A model generated the notes under the pieces. It saw nothing but the letters and a program-made list of their open reading frames with translations. It was not told the origin of the DNA and ran no database searches. Shown piece after piece: positions 54,181-63,259 of a stretch of 64,000 nt of DNA. Source of the stretch: Candidatus Eremiobacteria bacterium (GTDB lineage: Bacteria > Vulcanimicrobiota > Vulcanimicrobiia > Vulcanimicrobiales > Vulcanimicrobiaceae); assembly GCA_963737065.1 (NCBI GenBank), contig CAVTRC010000001.1:384001-448000 (forward strand). The letters are read 5' to 3'. The first letter of the stretch is position 1, and each line of letters opens with the position of its first letter. The position numbers and the translations under genes are program-made.

Positions 54181-54264
54181 ATGTTTACTGACGTCGCGAT
54201 GATGTGCCCGATGTGCTGCATGCAAATGCGCGCGGCGCGGGCCGTCGTGGAGCGAACCGTGTAG
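54181..54264 (+). CDS. Putative Met/Cys-rich attenuator leader peptide MFTDVAMMCPMCCMQMRAARAVVERTV
   Basis: 27 codons; 8 of codons 7-16 are Met or Cys; lies between the promoter and a strong hairpin upstream of hom-metY-metX. Confidence 0.85.
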   Translation: MFTDVAMMCPMCCMQMRAARAVVERTV

Positions 54265-54284
54265 TACGCGGGATCGAATCGCAA

Positions 54285-54324
54285 ACGACGCCCCTCGCCG
54301 CAATGGCGAGGGGCGTCGTCGTTT
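54285..54324 (+). terminator. Attenuator hairpin
   Basis: ACGACGCCCCTCGCC-gcaat-GGCGAGGGGCGTCGT perfect 15-bp stem followed by CGTTT (weak U-tract). Confidence 0.8.
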
Positions 54325-54362
54325 CACTCCTCGCTTTCCCGTCTCAAAAGGAGGCATGAGGA

Positions 54363-55517
54363 ATGGTATCCACCGCGGGCATCGCGTTGCTCGGCTGCGG
54401 TACGGTCGGTGCATGCGTCGCCGAGCGTTTACTCTACGAGCGCGATGTGATCGAACGCCGCAGCGGCGTGCACTATGAACTGCGCGCAATTGCAATCCGC
54501 GACGCGACGAGAACACGGATCGAGTCGATCGACACGCGACTCTTCACGACCGATCCGCGTGCAATCGTCGAAGATTCACGCGTCGATATCGTGATCGAGT
54601 GTATCGGCGGCACGGCACAGGCGTGTGAACTCATCGAGATCGCGCTGGAACGCGGCCGGTCCGTCGTGACGGCGAACAAGGATGTGCTCGCGACGCAGGG
54701 TCCACGCCTGCAGGCTCTCGCAGCGGCGCGCGGTGCGGGTCTGCGTTACGAAGCCGCGGCGTGCGGCGCGATTCCCGTCGTACGCATGCTTTATGACGCG
54801 CTCGCAGGCGATCGTATCGACGCGCTTGCCGGCGTCGTGAACGGGACGTGCAACGCAATTCTCTCGGAGATGGACGCCGGCTCGGAATTCGCTGAAGCCG
54901 TCGCCGCGGCGCAAGCGCGTGGCTATGCCGAAGCGGACCCATCGAACGATATCGACGGCGTGGACGCCGCGCACAAGCTCGCGGTATTGATGCAGCTCGC
55001 GTTCGGTCTGGCGGTCATCTCGCCGCGCATTCGCCACACCGGGATCGCCGGCGTAACAAAACGCGAAATCGCGCGCGCGCAAGCGCTCGGCTATCGTATT
55101 CGCTTGATTGCCGCAGCAGCACGCTGCGACGACGGCGCGTTCGCCGGCGTCGCGCCGTTGCTCGTCCCGCGCGATCACCCGTTCGCAACGCTCAGCGGAC
55201 CGGAAAATATCGTCCGCGTCGCCGCCCGCGATGCCGGTCCGCTCACTATGCGCGGGCGCGGTGCCGGCGGACCGGCAACCGCGTCGGCGATCCTCGGCGA
55301 CGTCGTTTCGTCGCTGCGCGCGCTCGGCGAGCGTCGCGACGTTGCACGTCAGCTGCGTGCGCTTGAACCGGCGCTCGACGTTGCCCCGATCTTCACCGGT
55401 CTTCCGCGTCATCCGGAACTCCCACGCTACGCGTTGTGGGATGACACACTACTTGATGCTCCCGTCTCGCACGCTCAAGCGTGCGTTGTTATGACGGGGA
55501 AAGGAACACGGCACTCA
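54363..55517 (+). CDS. hom: Homoserine dehydrogenase (no evident ACT domain); reads in frame into metY in this sequence
   Basis: [65 protein letters not shown]; true 3' end uncertain. Confidence 0.88.
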
Positions 55518-56813
55518 ATGAGCATTACGCTCGAAACGGACCACCCGCAATCGTTCGATACCGTCGCGGTGCACGGCGGTCACAACGGCGATCCGGCGAC
55601 GAAATCGCGCGCCGTTCCGATCTATCAAACGACCTCCTATCTGTTCGATTCAACGGAACACGCGGGCAAGCTCTTCGCACTGGAAGAGTTCGGCAACATC
55701 TATACGCGCATCAACAATCCGACCACCGACGTATTCGAACAACGCGTTGCGGCGCTCGAACGCGGTGCGGGTGCGCTCGCGGTCTCCAGCGGACAAGCCG
55801 CCGTCGTGTATTCGATCCTCAATCTCGCGAAGAACGGCGACCATCTCGTCAGCAGCGCATCCCTGTACGGCGGAACCTATAACGCGTTCACGCACACGCT
55901 CAAACGCTTCGGCATCGAGGTCAGCCTCGTCGACTTCAACGATCCCCATAGCGTCGAAGCGGCAATTCGTCCGAATACGAAAGCGCTCTTCGCGGAAACG
56001 ATCGGCAACCCGAAGATCGACGTGCTCGATGTGGAACTCTATGCCGAACTCGCGCACCGCCATGGTCTTCCGCTGATCGTCGACAACACGCTCGCAACAC
56101 CATACCTGTTGCGTCCGATCGAACACGGCGCCGATATCGTCGTACATTCGGCGACGAAATTCATCGGCGGGCACGGTACCGCGATCGGCGGCGTAATCGT
56201 CGACGGCGGGACGTTCGACTGGACCATCAATCCGCGCTTCGCCGAGTTCATCGAGCCCGATCCGTCGTACCACGGATTGCAATACGCCGCCGCGTTCGGT
56301 AATATCGCCTACATCGTCAAAGCGCGCGTTCAACTCCTGCGCAACATCGGCGCCGCGCTCTCTCCGTTCAACGCATGGCTTCTCTTGCAAGGCATCGAAA
56401 CGCTCGGTCTGCGCGTAGAACGTCACAGCAGTAACGCGCTCGCCGTCGCCGAGTTCCTCTCGCAGCACCCTCGAGTGACAAGCGTCGCATATCCGGGTTT
56501 GCCGGGTGATCCCGCACACGAACGCGCGCGTAAATATCTGCCGAACGGCGCCGGAGCCATCGTGACGTTTAGCGTTGAGGGCGGCGAGCGTGAAGCAAAA
56601 AGCGTCATCGATCGCCTCAGGCTCTTCTCTCTACTCGCAAACGTCGGTGATGCAAAGTCGCTCGTCATTCACCCTGCGAGCACGACGCATCAGCAACTGA
56701 GCGACGCCGAACGCCTGCAGAGCGGCGTCGACGCATCGACGGTCCGGCTCTCGGTCGGCATCGAGGACATCAACGATATCATCGCCGACTTGCGTCAAGC
56801 GCTGGCGGACTAA
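55518..56813 (+). CDS. metY: O-acetylhomoserine aminocarboxypropyltransferase (sulfhydrylase)
   Basis: [51 protein letters not shown]; own AAAGGA RBS-like sequence before ATG 55518. Confidence 0.93.
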   Translation: MSITLETDHPQSFDTVAVHGGHNGDPATKSRAVPIYQTTSYLFDSTEHAGKLFALEEFGNIYTRINNPTTDVFEQRVAALERGAGALAVSSGQAAVVYSILNLAKNGDHLVSSASLYGGTYNAFTHTLKRFGIEVSLVDFNDPHSVEAAIRPNTKALFAETIGNPKIDVLDVELYAELAHRHGLPLIVDNTLATPYLLRPIEHGADIVVHSATKFIGGHGTAIGGVIVDGGTFDWTINPRFAEFIEPDPSYHGLQYAAAFGNIAYIVKARVQLLRNIGAALSPFNAWLLLQGIETLGLRVERHSSNALAVAEFLSQHPRVTSVAYPGLPGDPAHERARKYLPNGAGAIVTFSVEGGEREAKSVIDRLRLFSLLANVGDAKSLVIHPASTTHQQLSDAERLQSGVDASTVRLSVGIEDINDIIADLRQALAD

Positions 56814-56816
56814 CCG

Positions 56817-57764
56817 TTGCGCGAGCTGACGATCGGCATCGGATCGCTTCGGCTGCACGATGGCACGCTGCTGCACGACGTGCAGCAGCGTGTGACGATG
56901 TATGGCTCTCCATCTGCCGCTCGCGACAACATCGTGCTCGTCAATCACGCACTGACCGGTTCGAGCCGGGCGGCGGAGTGGTGGCCCGGCATCGTCGGCG
57001 AAGGTGCGCTCTTCGACCCGTCCGGCTGGTGTATCATCGGCATCAACGTACTCGGCAGTTGCTACGGCTCGACGTGGACGCCGCGCGTCACCGTTGCAGA
57101 CATCGTGTGCGCGCAAGCGCGCGTTCTCGATGAACTCGGGATCGAGTCGGCCGCCTTTGCCGTCGGTGGATCGCTCGGCGGCATGCAGGCACTGCAATGG
57201 GCGCTCGATTTTCCCGGCCGCATCAAAAACGCGATCGTCATCGGCGCGCACGACCATCACAGTGCAATGGGAATCGCGCTCAACGCGATTCAACGTGAAT
57301 GTCTTCAACTCGATCCGGTTCGCGGTTTACGTACGGCCCGCAAACTCGCAATGCTGACCTATAAATCCGAGGAACTCTTGAACGCCCGCCACGGCCGTAA
57401 CCCGGATCGCAACGATCGGTCGCGTTTCGACGTCGAAGGGTACCTGGATTTGCAAGCGGCGCGCTTCATCGGACGGATGGACGCCCGCACCTACACTACA
57501 TTGACGCACGCCATGGATTCATTCGACGTCCGCAGACGATCGCTCCATGGACCGCGCGTCACGTTCGTCGGAATCAGTTCCGACTGGCTGTTCCGCCCGC
57601 ACGACGTGCGTGCAGCGGCCGAAAAATTCGGTGCTGACTATATCGAGCTAGAGACGGACCACGGGCACGATGCGTTTCTCGCCGAATCGGGCCGCCTCGC
57701 CGAGCTCCTCCGGCCGGCGATTCATATTCGCAAAAGCGCCGGAACGAGCGTTATCGCGCCGTAA
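56817..57764 (+). CDS. metX: Homoserine O-acetyltransferase
   Basis: NHALTG, NVLGSCYGST, GGSLGGMQAL, SSDWLF, HGHDAFL. Confidence 0.92.
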   Translation: MRELTIGIGSLRLHDGTLLHDVQQRVTMYGSPSAARDNIVLVNHALTGSSRAAEWWPGIVGEGALFDPSGWCIIGINVLGSCYGSTWTPRVTVADIVCAQARVLDELGIESAAFAVGGSLGGMQALQWALDFPGRIKNAIVIGAHDHHSAMGIALNAIQRECLQLDPVRGLRTARKLAMLTYKSEELLNARHGRNPDRNDRSRFDVEGYLDLQAARFIGRMDARTYTTLTHAMDSFDVRRRSLHGPRVTFVGISSDWLFRPHDVRAAAEKFGADYIELETDHGHDAFLAESGRLAELLRPAIHIRKSAGTSVIAP

Positions 57765-59059
57765 GCGAGGCCGAGAAGCGAAACGGCGGCCATCACCGTG
57801 CCGCCTGCAATATTCGCGACCGGACCGTTCGCGAGCGACCCCATGATCGGGCGATCGTTAGCGAGCAGTATGACGAACGCCAAGGCCGGCGCCATCAACA
57901 CCGTGGCCGCCACGTTCGCAAGCAGCGCAAGCATCAACAGCGGCGCATGCGGCCACAAGACGACTGCGGCGGCGATCACGAGCGACGCGCCCATAACGCC
58001 GTAGAACACCGTTGCTTCCCGCACGCTGCGATTCAAACTCTTGCCGCCACCGACAACTTCTCCGGCGGCATACGCAGTGCTCGCCGAAATCGTAACCGCG
58101 GCCGTGATGCCCGCTTCGATCATACCGAGCGCGAAGAGCGTGGCGAAATGCTTCCCAAGCACCGGCATCAGTGCCGCGGCAAAGTCGGCACTCGTTTGCA
58201 GCGTCGACGTCCCACGCGACAATAGCACCGAGCCGACCACGATCGCGGCGATTGCGACGACCGCCGCGACGAGTGCGCCCGCCGCGGTGTCGAACCGCGC
58301 GTGCCACAAGTCGGAGCGAGCGAGGCCCTTGTCGACGACCGCGCTCTGTTGAAAGAAAATCATCCACGGCGTCACGGTCGCGCCGACGTTCGCGAGGATC
58401 AGTGTCACAAACGTTGCATCGAACGGACGGCTGCTCGCAAGCGAGACGTTGAAGATGTTGGCGAAGGCTTGCGCATGCGGCTGGGCCGCAAAAGCGACCG
58501 GGATAAACACGAGATTGAACGCTGCGAGCGCCATCGCGAAACGCTCCCACGTGAAGTAGCGCCGCGCGGCAAACGCACCGATCACAACCACGCACGAGCA
58601 GATGACCGCGACGAGCGCCGGAACACCGAGGAACGCGGCGCCCGAACAGATCGCAACGAACTCCGCAACGAGTGTGAGGACGTTCCCGAATGCGAGATCA
58701 GCTAACGCAAAATACCCCCACCCTCTGCCGAAGCGCTCGAATATCAGCTCCGCGTGACCGCGTCCCGTTGCTATGCCTATCCGAATCGTGGCCTCTTGTA
58801 CGACATACGCCATCACAAATGTGAGCAGAACGAGCGGCGCAAAAAAACGCAAGCCGTAGAGTGACCCGGTCGTGACGTACGAGAGCATACTCGGTCCGTC
58901 GTTCTCACCGAGCATGGTCAACATGCCGGGACCTACGAGCAGAGCGAGCAGCAACCACTTGCGTCCGCTGCTGCGCGCGTGATGCACGCGGAACCGATCG
59001 CGCTCGCGCAGCGCTTGTTCGCGCGCCTGTCCTTCCAGTGCAATGGACGACGTCGTCAT
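57722..59059 (-). CDS. NRAMP-family divalent metal transporter
   Basis: GPGMLTMLGENDG, VQE...RIG..TGRG..ELI.ERFG, GATVTPWMIFFQQS. Confidence 0.88.
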   Translation of the reverse strand: MTTSSIALEGQAREQALRERDRFRVHHARSSGRKWLLLALLVGPGMLTMLGENDGPSMLSYVTTGSLYGLRFFAPLVLLTFVMAYVVQEATIRIGIATGRGHAELIFERFGRGWGYFALADLAFGNVLTLVAEFVAICSGAAFLGVPALVAVICSCVVVIGAFAARRYFTWERFAMALAAFNLVFIPVAFAAQPHAQAFANIFNVSLASSRPFDATFVTLILANVGATVTPWMIFFQQSAVVDKGLARSDLWHARFDTAAGALVAAVVAIAAIVVGSVLLSRGTSTLQTSADFAAALMPVLGKHFATLFALGMIEAGITAAVTISASTAYAAGEVVGGGKSLNRSVREATVFYGVMGASLVIAAAVVLWPHAPLLMLALLANVAATVLMAPALAFVILLANDRPIMGSLANGPVANIAGGTVMAAVSLLGLAYGAITLVPALLRI

Positions 59060-59139
59060 GAGCTAGCTATGCTCTTTCCCAATCTTCAGGCGCATGCCAA
59101 CACGCCGGCAAGGAAGCATTTTACGGCTCGCTTCACCCT

Positions 59140-59164
59140 GTTTTGCTCGCGTCTCGCTGGGTAG
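59140..59164 (+). promoter_or_regulatory. Putative SigB/SigF-type stress promoter of Mn-catalase
   Basis: GTTT-N15-GGGTAG, 30 nt before the start codon. Confidence 0.5.
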
Positions 59165-59194
59165 GTGGCAGCAATGAATTCGTAACGAGGGAGA

Positions 59195-60112
59195 ATGATG
59201 TTCGTACACAACAAGAAGTTGCAATACACCGTGCACGTCGACTCGGCGGACCCGAAGTTCGCAAAGATGTGCCTGGAACAATTCGGCGGACCGAACGGTG
59301 AACTAGCCGCAGCAATGCGGTATTTTACGCAGGGGTGGGCGGAAAGCGATGTGCCACGCCGCGATATGCTGCTCGATATCGCAACAGAAGAGCTCTCGCA
59401 CCTCGAGATGATTGGGCAACTCATCACGGGCTTACTCAAGGGTGCTCGCGGCGCCGGCGCGATGATCGATGAAGTCGAAGGCTCTTACTTACAGGATCTC
59501 ATGAACGGCAAACACGACGAATACACGCAGCTGGCGTGGGATTCGGCAATGCCGCTACTGACCGGCGGGTCGGGGCTACGCCTGACGGATTCCATGGGCG
59601 CTCCGTGGACTGCGGCGTACATCGATACGATCGGACACCCGCTCTGCGATTTGCGCTCGGACATCGCCGCCGAAGCGCGCGCGAAAGCGGTCTACGATCG
59701 GCTCATCAAACTGTGCCCCGATGCCGGCGCGCGCGACGCTCTGACATTCTTGATGACGCGCGAAGTTGCGCATCAAAAAATGTTCGAATCCGCGCTCGCG
59801 GCAATCGCGAACAACTTTCCCTCGTCGAACGTCCCGCCCGACGAGCGTTTCACGCACGCGTATTTCGACGAATCGAAAGACGGCGAGAGCAGCAGTGCGG
59901 GCTACAACATGGTCAACGCGCAGGGGCTGTGGCAGTTCGACTTGAGCAAGCCCCATGTCGGCGGCAGCGAGCCGGATCTGCCGGACCCCAAACCATCGGT
60001 GATGAGCTCGATGGGTTCGACAAAACCGCAGCCGGTGAGCGATCAGACCAGTCGCACGACGAAGGCGCAGATTTTGGGCGAAGAACCCGCCACACCCGCA
60101 GCGCGAAAGTAG
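59195..60112 (+). CDS. Manganese catalase family protein
   Basis: EQFGGPNGEL.AAMRY, DIATEELSHLE, DL.SDIAAE.RA, TREVAHQ. Confidence 0.93.
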   Translation: MMFVHNKKLQYTVHVDSADPKFAKMCLEQFGGPNGELAAAMRYFTQGWAESDVPRRDMLLDIATEELSHLEMIGQLITGLLKGARGAGAMIDEVEGSYLQDLMNGKHDEYTQLAWDSAMPLLTGGSGLRLTDSMGAPWTAAYIDTIGHPLCDLRSDIAAEARAKAVYDRLIKLCPDAGARDALTFLMTREVAHQKMFESALAAIANNFPSSNVPPDERFTHAYFDESKDGESSSAGYNMVNAQGLWQFDLSKPHVGGSEPDLPDPKPSVMSSMGSTKPQPVSDQTSRTTKAQILGEEPATPAARK

Positions 60113-60144
60113 CTGGTTCCGTTCCGAGTACCAAACTGACGCCA

Positions 60145-60177
60145 GGGCGGCGCGAGCGCCACGCGCTCGCGCCGCCC
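60145..60177 (+). terminator. GC-rich hairpin after Mn-catalase
   Basis: GGGCGGCGCGAGCGC-cac-GCGCTCGCGCCGCCC perfect 15-bp stem; no U-tract. Confidence 0.6.
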
Positions 60178-60235
60178 GCTATGCGGTCATAAACCGGTGA
60201 ATCCCTACTCGGTGAAGCGGCGTTTTGAGCCGAGT

Positions 60236-60712
60236 ATGAGCACGACAGATCGTCCGCCGCTGCCGCCGTTCACGCATGAAACGGCCGTTCAGAAAGTGCG
60301 CATGGCCGAGAACGCCTGGAACACGCGCGAGCCCGAGCGCGTGGCGCTCGCATATACGCAGGACAGTCTCTGGCGCAACCGCTCGGAGTTTTTCGAAGGA
60401 CGCGAAGCGATTGTCACGTTTCTTCGCCGTAAATGGGCGAAAGAATTAGACTATCGGCTCATCAAAGATTTATGGGCATTTGAAGAAAACCGGATCGCCG
60501 TGCGCTTTCAATACGAATACCATGACGCCGAAAGCAACTGGTTTCGCGCATACGGAAACGAGCAGTGGGAGTTCGACGAACATGGATTGATGCGCCGGCG
60601 CGAGGCAAGCATCAACGATGTGGCGATTCTAGCGTCGGATCGCCGCTTCGTATGGGAGCCGATCGGCCCACGTCCGGACGATTATCCGGGTCTGAATCAG
60701 CAGCCGTTTTAA
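60236..60712 (+). CDS. DUF1348 / NTF2-like family protein
   Basis: [44 protein letters not shown]. Confidence 0.92.
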   Translation: MSTTDRPPLPPFTHETAVQKVRMAENAWNTREPERVALAYTQDSLWRNRSEFFEGREAIVTFLRRKWAKELDYRLIKDLWAFEENRIAVRFQYEYHDAESNWFRAYGNEQWEFDEHGLMRRREASINDVAILASDRRFVWEPIGPRPDDYPGLNQQPF

Positions 60713-60809
60713 GCGCGCGACGCGGCGCTTTCGGCAATCGCAAAGAACTTTTCATCACGAGAAAGGAGAGACGACGATCTCGCCTCTCCTCGCACGGGGA
60801 CGTCTTTCG

Positions 60810-62009
60810 TCAGTCGTCGGTGACGTTCACCTTGACGATTTCACCTGCGGTATTCGTCGGCTGCCCGAAGCCTTTGTTGGAGATGTAGAGCGTGTTATGG
60901 TCGTCGAACGTCATCGCGGTCGGGAAACTTAGCCCGAGGATGATCTCGTGCCACGAGCCGTCGGGTTCGAGCCGCACGACCCTTCCGCTGTTCGCGACGG
61001 ATGGTATGGGCGCGAAAAAGCCCGTGAAGGCTTCCAAGGCGTAGATCCGCCCGTGATGCACCGCGACGCCGGTAACTGCGGTAAGTCCAGAGGCGATTTC
61101 GGAGAGCGCGCCTCGCGTCGTCAAATGAAAAACCTTGGCGCGATATCGAGAGCCGGGGTCAAACGTGTTGAGATTTCCGAGCACGAAGCCATCGCGGGAC
61201 AACGCGAGCGATGTGGGAACGATATGTCCTTGCGTGGCCGAAACGTCGACGAGCCGTCTGATGCGACCTTCCCGCGTGACGACATCGACTTCTCCGTGAT
61301 TCGGCTCAACCGCATAAAACGCGTCGCAGAATACTTGAAAACTGTACCACGTGCCATCGGGCTCAAAATCGCCGGGATTTTCATGAGCCGTGGGATGTTC
61401 CATGATAAATTTGCTCAAGTTGACGATCGGCGTAGCCGTGCCGTCGCGACTGATACGATCGATGCTATTGTACGTGCCGATCAAACCATGCGAACATCCG
61501 GCGGCCGCGGTGAGCGCATAGAGCGTGCCGTGCAAGAACGCGACGTCCGCAACGCCGCTGACATAACTGCCGGATGCTGCCGCCGTCTGATTCGACGGAA
61601 GACCGTGAGCGACTGTTGCGCGCACACCGGTCGCCACTTCTATCGACGAAATGCGCCCCGTGAATCCTCCAAGATACGGTCCAATGGGAGCCGGAACTTG
61701 CTCGCACTTGCCGACGGTGCTCCGATAGCCGCCGAGACCGCCTTCGGCAACGTAGAGGCGGCCGTCCGGGCCAAACTTGATTCCACGCGGATTTTCAAGC
61801 CCCGTCGCAACGACGGTATGCGCCACAAGCGGCTGCGGCACTTCCCTAATCCCGGTGTCGGCCGCCGGAATAGCGCGCGTCTCGCCTGCTGGAATTACGC
61901 TTGTAGTGCGTCCGTTCTGTCCGCCGCCGGAGCACGCGGTAATGCCGACAATACAAAAAGCGCACGGCACCGCCCAAAAACGGAGCGTGCGAACGATATG
62001 CGTTTTCAT
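60810..62009 (-). CDS. ScyD/ScyE family beta-propeller lipoprotein
   Basis: GLENPRG..FGPDG.LYVAEGG, VPTSL, GLSFPT, LYISN; ITAC lipobox-like; GAGG RBS. Confidence 0.8.
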   Translation of the reverse strand: MKTHIVRTLRFWAVPCAFCIVGITACSGGGQNGRTTSVIPAGETRAIPAADTGIREVPQPLVAHTVVATGLENPRGIKFGPDGRLYVAEGGLGGYRSTVGKCEQVPAPIGPYLGGFTGRISSIEVATGVRATVAHGLPSNQTAAASGSYVSGVADVAFLHGTLYALTAAAGCSHGLIGTYNSIDRISRDGTATPIVNLSKFIMEHPTAHENPGDFEPDGTWYSFQVFCDAFYAVEPNHGEVDVVTREGRIRRLVDVSATQGHIVPTSLALSRDGFVLGNLNTFDPGSRYRAKVFHLTTRGALSEIASGLTAVTGVAVHHGRIYALEAFTGFFAPIPSVANSGRVVRLEPDGSWHEIILGLSFPTAMTFDDHNTLYISNKGFGQPTNTAGEIVKVNVTDD

Positions 62010-62263
62010 TAGGACACCTCGAAGTAGCAACTTCAGTAACGAATCAGCGCAGCACCTTAAGCAATGCATCGCACACTATGTCCGGGAGCGACAAATTGCC
62101 CGCTCTACATGCGATAACGATCCGCACCGGAATGGTACCAAAGTGTCTCGAACCGTAACCAGGACCTAAAAAGTCATTCCGCAGCCAGGTTTTGCGCATG
62201 CGAAATTCATCGTTCAAAGTTGCGCGTTTAGGCCAGCAAGCCGGCGTACGAATCGGGAGCGAG

Positions 62264-63238
62264 ATGAAACTTCACAATCGCACCACGCATCCGGAAGACC
62301 TTGAACAATGTCTAGCTTTACTTCGAGATCGCTTCTTATATAGTGAAGCCGAACTCCGTCACTTGCGGACGATGTGGTTCACGCTGCTCACGCGCGACAT
62401 CGGCCGTTCGGGAGTGGTTTTTGACGAAGCAGAACCTCGACGCATTCTCGCCTTCGGCATATCCGCGCCCCTTAGACAGACGCGGTTCGCGAAGGTTTTA
62501 CGCGACGGAGCCCCGTTCATTGCTAGAATGTTGCTGCGCGAATGGTTATCCGATCAGAAGCCGTTTCTTGATGAGCGCGAATACGCTTGCGCGAACGCGT
62601 CCGACGGCCTTAGCGTATTTGTCTTGCATAACGGCATATCCGACGTCGTGGGCGTCCTCGATATACCGCGCGTGTTGTCAAAACTCTCTGATGGTTTCAT
62701 TGCTTACCACACCGGCTGCCAGCTACAAGCGGTGGCGCACGAATCGTTCGGCATGCCTCGAGAGTTTGCCATCGACCTTGGCCAGACGTTCGTTGAGTAT
62801 GCTGCGGAGAGCCGTCGGGAACTCGCAGATTGCCCGGTCGACCGAGATCCCTTGATTACCATCATGACGCGCGAGCAGGCTGCGGCGCATCCGGGGAATC
62901 TCGCGCTGAACGCGCTTTTTCTTCGATTTAATCCGCCAAAATTTTCTTTGAAGGCGAACGAGCGTCGCCTGCTTCAGTTTGCAGTCGATGGTGAGAGCGA
63001 CCTTAGGATTGCTGACCTCCTTAAGATCGCCCCTCGTACTCTGAAAAAACGTTGGGCGGACATCTACCAGATCATGGAACCCGCAACCGGCGTGCGCAGC
63101 GGTGAGTTGAGCGGACATCGTGGTGCCGAAGCTCGTCGACACATTCTGCGGTACATCAGAGAACATCCGGAAGAACTTCATGCGTACGCTACTTTCGGAG
63201 CGCTGCATCATGGCGCGGAAATAAGCCTTAGCAGGTAG
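62264..63238 (+). CDS. Putative transcriptional regulator with C-terminal LuxR-like HTH
   Basis: ERRLL..AVDGESD..IAD.L.I...TLKKRW..IY; GGGAG before ATG 62264. Confidence 0.7.
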   Translation: MKLHNRTTHPEDLEQCLALLRDRFLYSEAELRHLRTMWFTLLTRDIGRSGVVFDEAEPRRILAFGISAPLRQTRFAKVLRDGAPFIARMLLREWLSDQKPFLDEREYACANASDGLSVFVLHNGISDVVGVLDIPRVLSKLSDGFIAYHTGCQLQAVAHESFGMPREFAIDLGQTFVEYAAESRRELADCPVDRDPLITIMTREQAAAHPGNLALNALFLRFNPPKFSLKANERRLLQFAVDGESDLRIADLLKIAPRTLKKRWADIYQIMEPATGVRSGELSGHRGAEARRHILRYIREHPEELHAYATFGALHHGAEISLSR

Positions 63239-63259
63239 CAAACATTCTGGCTCGCGGGC

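Noticed and set aside
53536..54264. 242-aa ORF ending in the Met/Cys-rich segment
   Set aside because: The upstream part overlaps tsaD and the 53669 gene in another frame; the promoter position supports only the last 27 codons.
54181..54362. SAM riboswitch, T-box or metal-binding peptide explanation for the met leader
   Set aside because: No SAM-I or T-box consensus recognised. A Cys/Met metal-binding peptide would not explain the antiterminator complementarity or the met operon context, though it is not formally excluded.
59060..59194. yybP-ykoY (Mn) or M-box riboswitch upstream of the NRAMP gene
   Set aside because: The spacer is short and no consensus elements were recognised.
62130..62180. 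Loose direct repeats GGTACCAAAGTGTC / GGACCTAAAAAGTC in the scyD-regulator spacer
   Set aside because: Similarity too weak to distinguish from chance without orthologous sequences.
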